Below, one piece after another: positions 62,166-64,000 of a stretch of 64,000 nt of DNA. Position 1 is the stretch's first letter. Every line of letters starts with the position of its first letter. The position numbers were made by a program, and so were the translations under genes. The notes under the pieces were generated by a model. That model was not told where the DNA came from. It did not search any database and saw only the letters and a program-made list of their open reading frames with translations. Location: positions 1,024,001-1,088,000 of the forward strand of contig OZ243961.1 of the NCBI GenBank assembly GCA_965214605.1. The letters are read 5' to 3'. This stretch comes from an uncultured Candidatus Binatia bacterium (GTDB lineage Bacteria; Desulfobacterota; Binatia; Bin18).

Positions 62166-63155
62166 TTACATCGTCTTCTCTACCCACAAACCAATATGCT
62201 CGCGGACCTCGGCCATCGTCTGCTGGGCAACTGCTCGGGCTTTGAGGGCGCCCTCATGCAGGATCTCTTCAATTCGGCTGGGCTGCGTCCGTAACTCGGC
62301 TCGGCGTTCGCGGATAGTCTGCAAATGGGCAATCAGATTATCGGCCAAGGCAGCCTTGCACTCAAAACAGCCGATGTCGGCCGTGGTACAACCCGAACGC
62401 ACCCACCCCAGGCATTCTGTATCCGAGAAAAAGGTATGTAAGGTATGGAGATTGCATACGTCCGGGTTGCCGGGATCTTTGCGACGCACTCGCTGCGGGT
62501 CGGTCGCCGCGGTGGCTAGCTGTTTGCGAATCTGTTCGTCGGCTTCACCGAGCGCAATGGTATTGCCGAGGGATTTTGACATTTTTGCCTGACCGTCTAA
62601 TCCCAGAATTTTTGGCGTACTCGACAGCAGAGCCTGCGGCTCGGGGAAATAGTTACCCCAGCGTTTGTTGAATCGGCGCACAATCTCCCGCGCTAATTCG
62701 AGGTGCTGGATCTGATCAACACCGACCGGCACCAGAGTGGCTTTGTACAGAATAATGTCGGCCGTCTGAAGTACTGGATAGCTGAACAACCCAGTGTTGA
62801 TATTATCCGCCTGCTTGGCAGCCTTGTCCTTAAACTGGGTCATGCGTCCTAGTTCGCCAAACGGCGTGACCGTGTCGAGAATCCAGCACAGCTCGGTATG
62901 CTCGGCCACGCTCGACTGCACAAACACGACCGACCGCTCAGGATCGATGCCACAGGCGATCAGGTCGGTCGCCATCTCCAGGGTCTGACGTGAGAGCGCG
63001 TCGCGTTCATAGTCCTGGGTGACGGCGTGGTAATCAACCACGCAGAAAAAACATTGGTACTGATCCTGTAAGGTCACCCAGTTTCGTACCGCCCCTAGAT
63101 AGTTACCCAAGTGCATTTCACCGGAAGGCTGAATCCCGCTAAAAACCGTCTCCAT
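62166..63155 (-). CDS. trpS: Tryptophan--tRNA ligase
   Basis: FSGIQPSGEMHLGNY, YPVLQTADI, VPVG.DQ.QHLE, KMSKS. Confidence 0.97.
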   Translation of the reverse strand: METVFSGIQPSGEMHLGNYLGAVRNWVTLQDQYQCFFCVVDYHAVTQDYERDALSRQTLEMATDLIACGIDPERSVVFVQSSVAEHTELCWILDTVTPFGELGRMTQFKDKAAKQADNINTGLFSYPVLQTADIILYKATLVPVGVDQIQHLELAREIVRRFNKRWGNYFPEPQALLSSTPKILGLDGQAKMSKSLGNTIALGEADEQIRKQLATAATDPQRVRRKDPGNPDVCNLHTLHTFFSDTECLGWVRSGCTTADIGCFECKAALADNLIAHLQTIRERRAELRTQPSRIEEILHEGALKARAVAQQTMAEVREHIGLWVEKTM

Positions 63156-63186
63156 AACCCCTATCCTTCCCCTTCCCGTGACCATG

Positions 63187-64000
63187 CTAGCGCAGTTTCA
63201 ATCCCTTAGCACTCAGGAAAGCGATATACTCCTGCTGGAAGACCTCAATCTGCTCACCGCTTAAGGTCCGGCCGGGAGATTCGATCCAATACCGAAACGT
63301 ATAACTGCCCATGCCCGGGTCGATTCCCTTGCCGGTATAGCGCATCACAAACTCGCGTTTTTTGAGCAAGGGGTGCGAAAAACCGTCTAGGGTTCGGACC
63401 AGCTTTGCAAAGCCGGCCTTGAGAGGCGCGATAATAGAAAAATCAAACCACGACCCCGGATATCGAGAGGCGGGCAGGTATGTGACTTCGGGAAACAGCG
63501 GCCCGTCCAAAGCCCTGAAATCCAGCTCAAACCAGACGATTTGGGCTTTGGCGGCCAGCTCGGTCAGCAAAGGGCCAGTCACAAAGCCCAGATTGCCAAC
63601 AGGGGTCGTCCCCCGGCTCATCTTGACATAGCTACCCGCGGTCTGCCACGGTTCGGCGTTCTCAGTCCCCGGTGTGAAATCTAGCTCCCCCACATTCAAC
63701 TGGTCGGCTAGAGCCTCCAGAGCGCCTTTAACCATCCGAAAATGGTCTTCCAGAGGCGCAACCCTGTCCTGCTGAAAGCTGGCTCCAGACAGAAACAGGA
63801 CCTCTTGACGATCGGATTCTCCCACCGCCCAATAGCCTGGTCCTAACTCAAAGATACGGAACTGGTCGCTGTACAGAGTATTTCTCTTGACCACGGCCAG
63901 GATATTGGGAATCAGAGTGGTGCGCAGCCGCACGTTCTGCTCGGCACTCGGGTTGGCCACCCGTAGAGCGGCGTGAGGTTCATAGCCAATGGTTTTCAGC
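63187..64000 (-). CDS. pheT: Phenylalanine--tRNA ligase beta subunit, 3' part (runs off window end)
   Basis: VANP.......LRTTLIPNIL, RIFELG, SRYPG..FDFSI, Y.GKGI..G..S.TFR......RTL (FDX-ACB domain). Confidence 0.85.
   Translation of the reverse strand, partial: LKTIGYEPHAALRVANPSAEQNVRLRTTLIPNILAVVKRNTLYSDQFRIFELGPGYWAVGESDRQEVLFLSGASFQQDRVAPLEDHFRMVKGALEALADQLNVGELDFTPGTENAEPWQTAGSYVKMSRGTTPVGNLGFVTGPLLTELAAKAQIVWFELDFRALDGPLFPEVTYLPASRYPGSWFDFSIIAPLKAGFAKLVRTLDGFSHPLLKKREFVMRYTGKGIDPGMGSYTFRYWIESPGRTLSGEQIEVFQQEYIAFLSAKGLKLR

Overview
Bacterial chromosomal DNA of roughly 60% GC (estimated by eye). The gene content (LLM monooxygenase, amidohydrolases, CaiB CoA-transferase, Ltp2-like protein, two Mla systems, tRNA-Arg(UCG)) suggests a diderm, delta-proteobacteria/Binatota-like heterotroph; this taxonomic placement is inference only. 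Housekeeping genes are clpA (partial), clpS, an M1 aminopeptidase, class I lysS, dgt, fbp, fbaB, cysS, acs, gdhA, otsA, trpS and pheT (partial). Accessory genes include two MCE/Mla lipid transport operons, a minus-strand glycosyltransferase/YdjY/GT-C/flippase/sulfatase-like cluster, an AttEFG-like ABC exporter with a separated and frameshifted AttH-like gene, an orphan Mod-like DNA methyltransferase, and a high-GC ExoL-like glycosyltransferase containing a 44-nt G run. About ten 0.4-1.4 kb spacers lack credible ORFs. Several contain recognisable decayed genes (sulfotransferase, sulfatase, GtrB-like GT, probable HNH), which points to ongoing genome erosion. I found no CRISPR array, rRNA, integrase or intact transposase. 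The best candidate for an undescribed system is the 24.8-31.1 kb glycosylation cluster. All family assignments come from motif recognition, not database searches.
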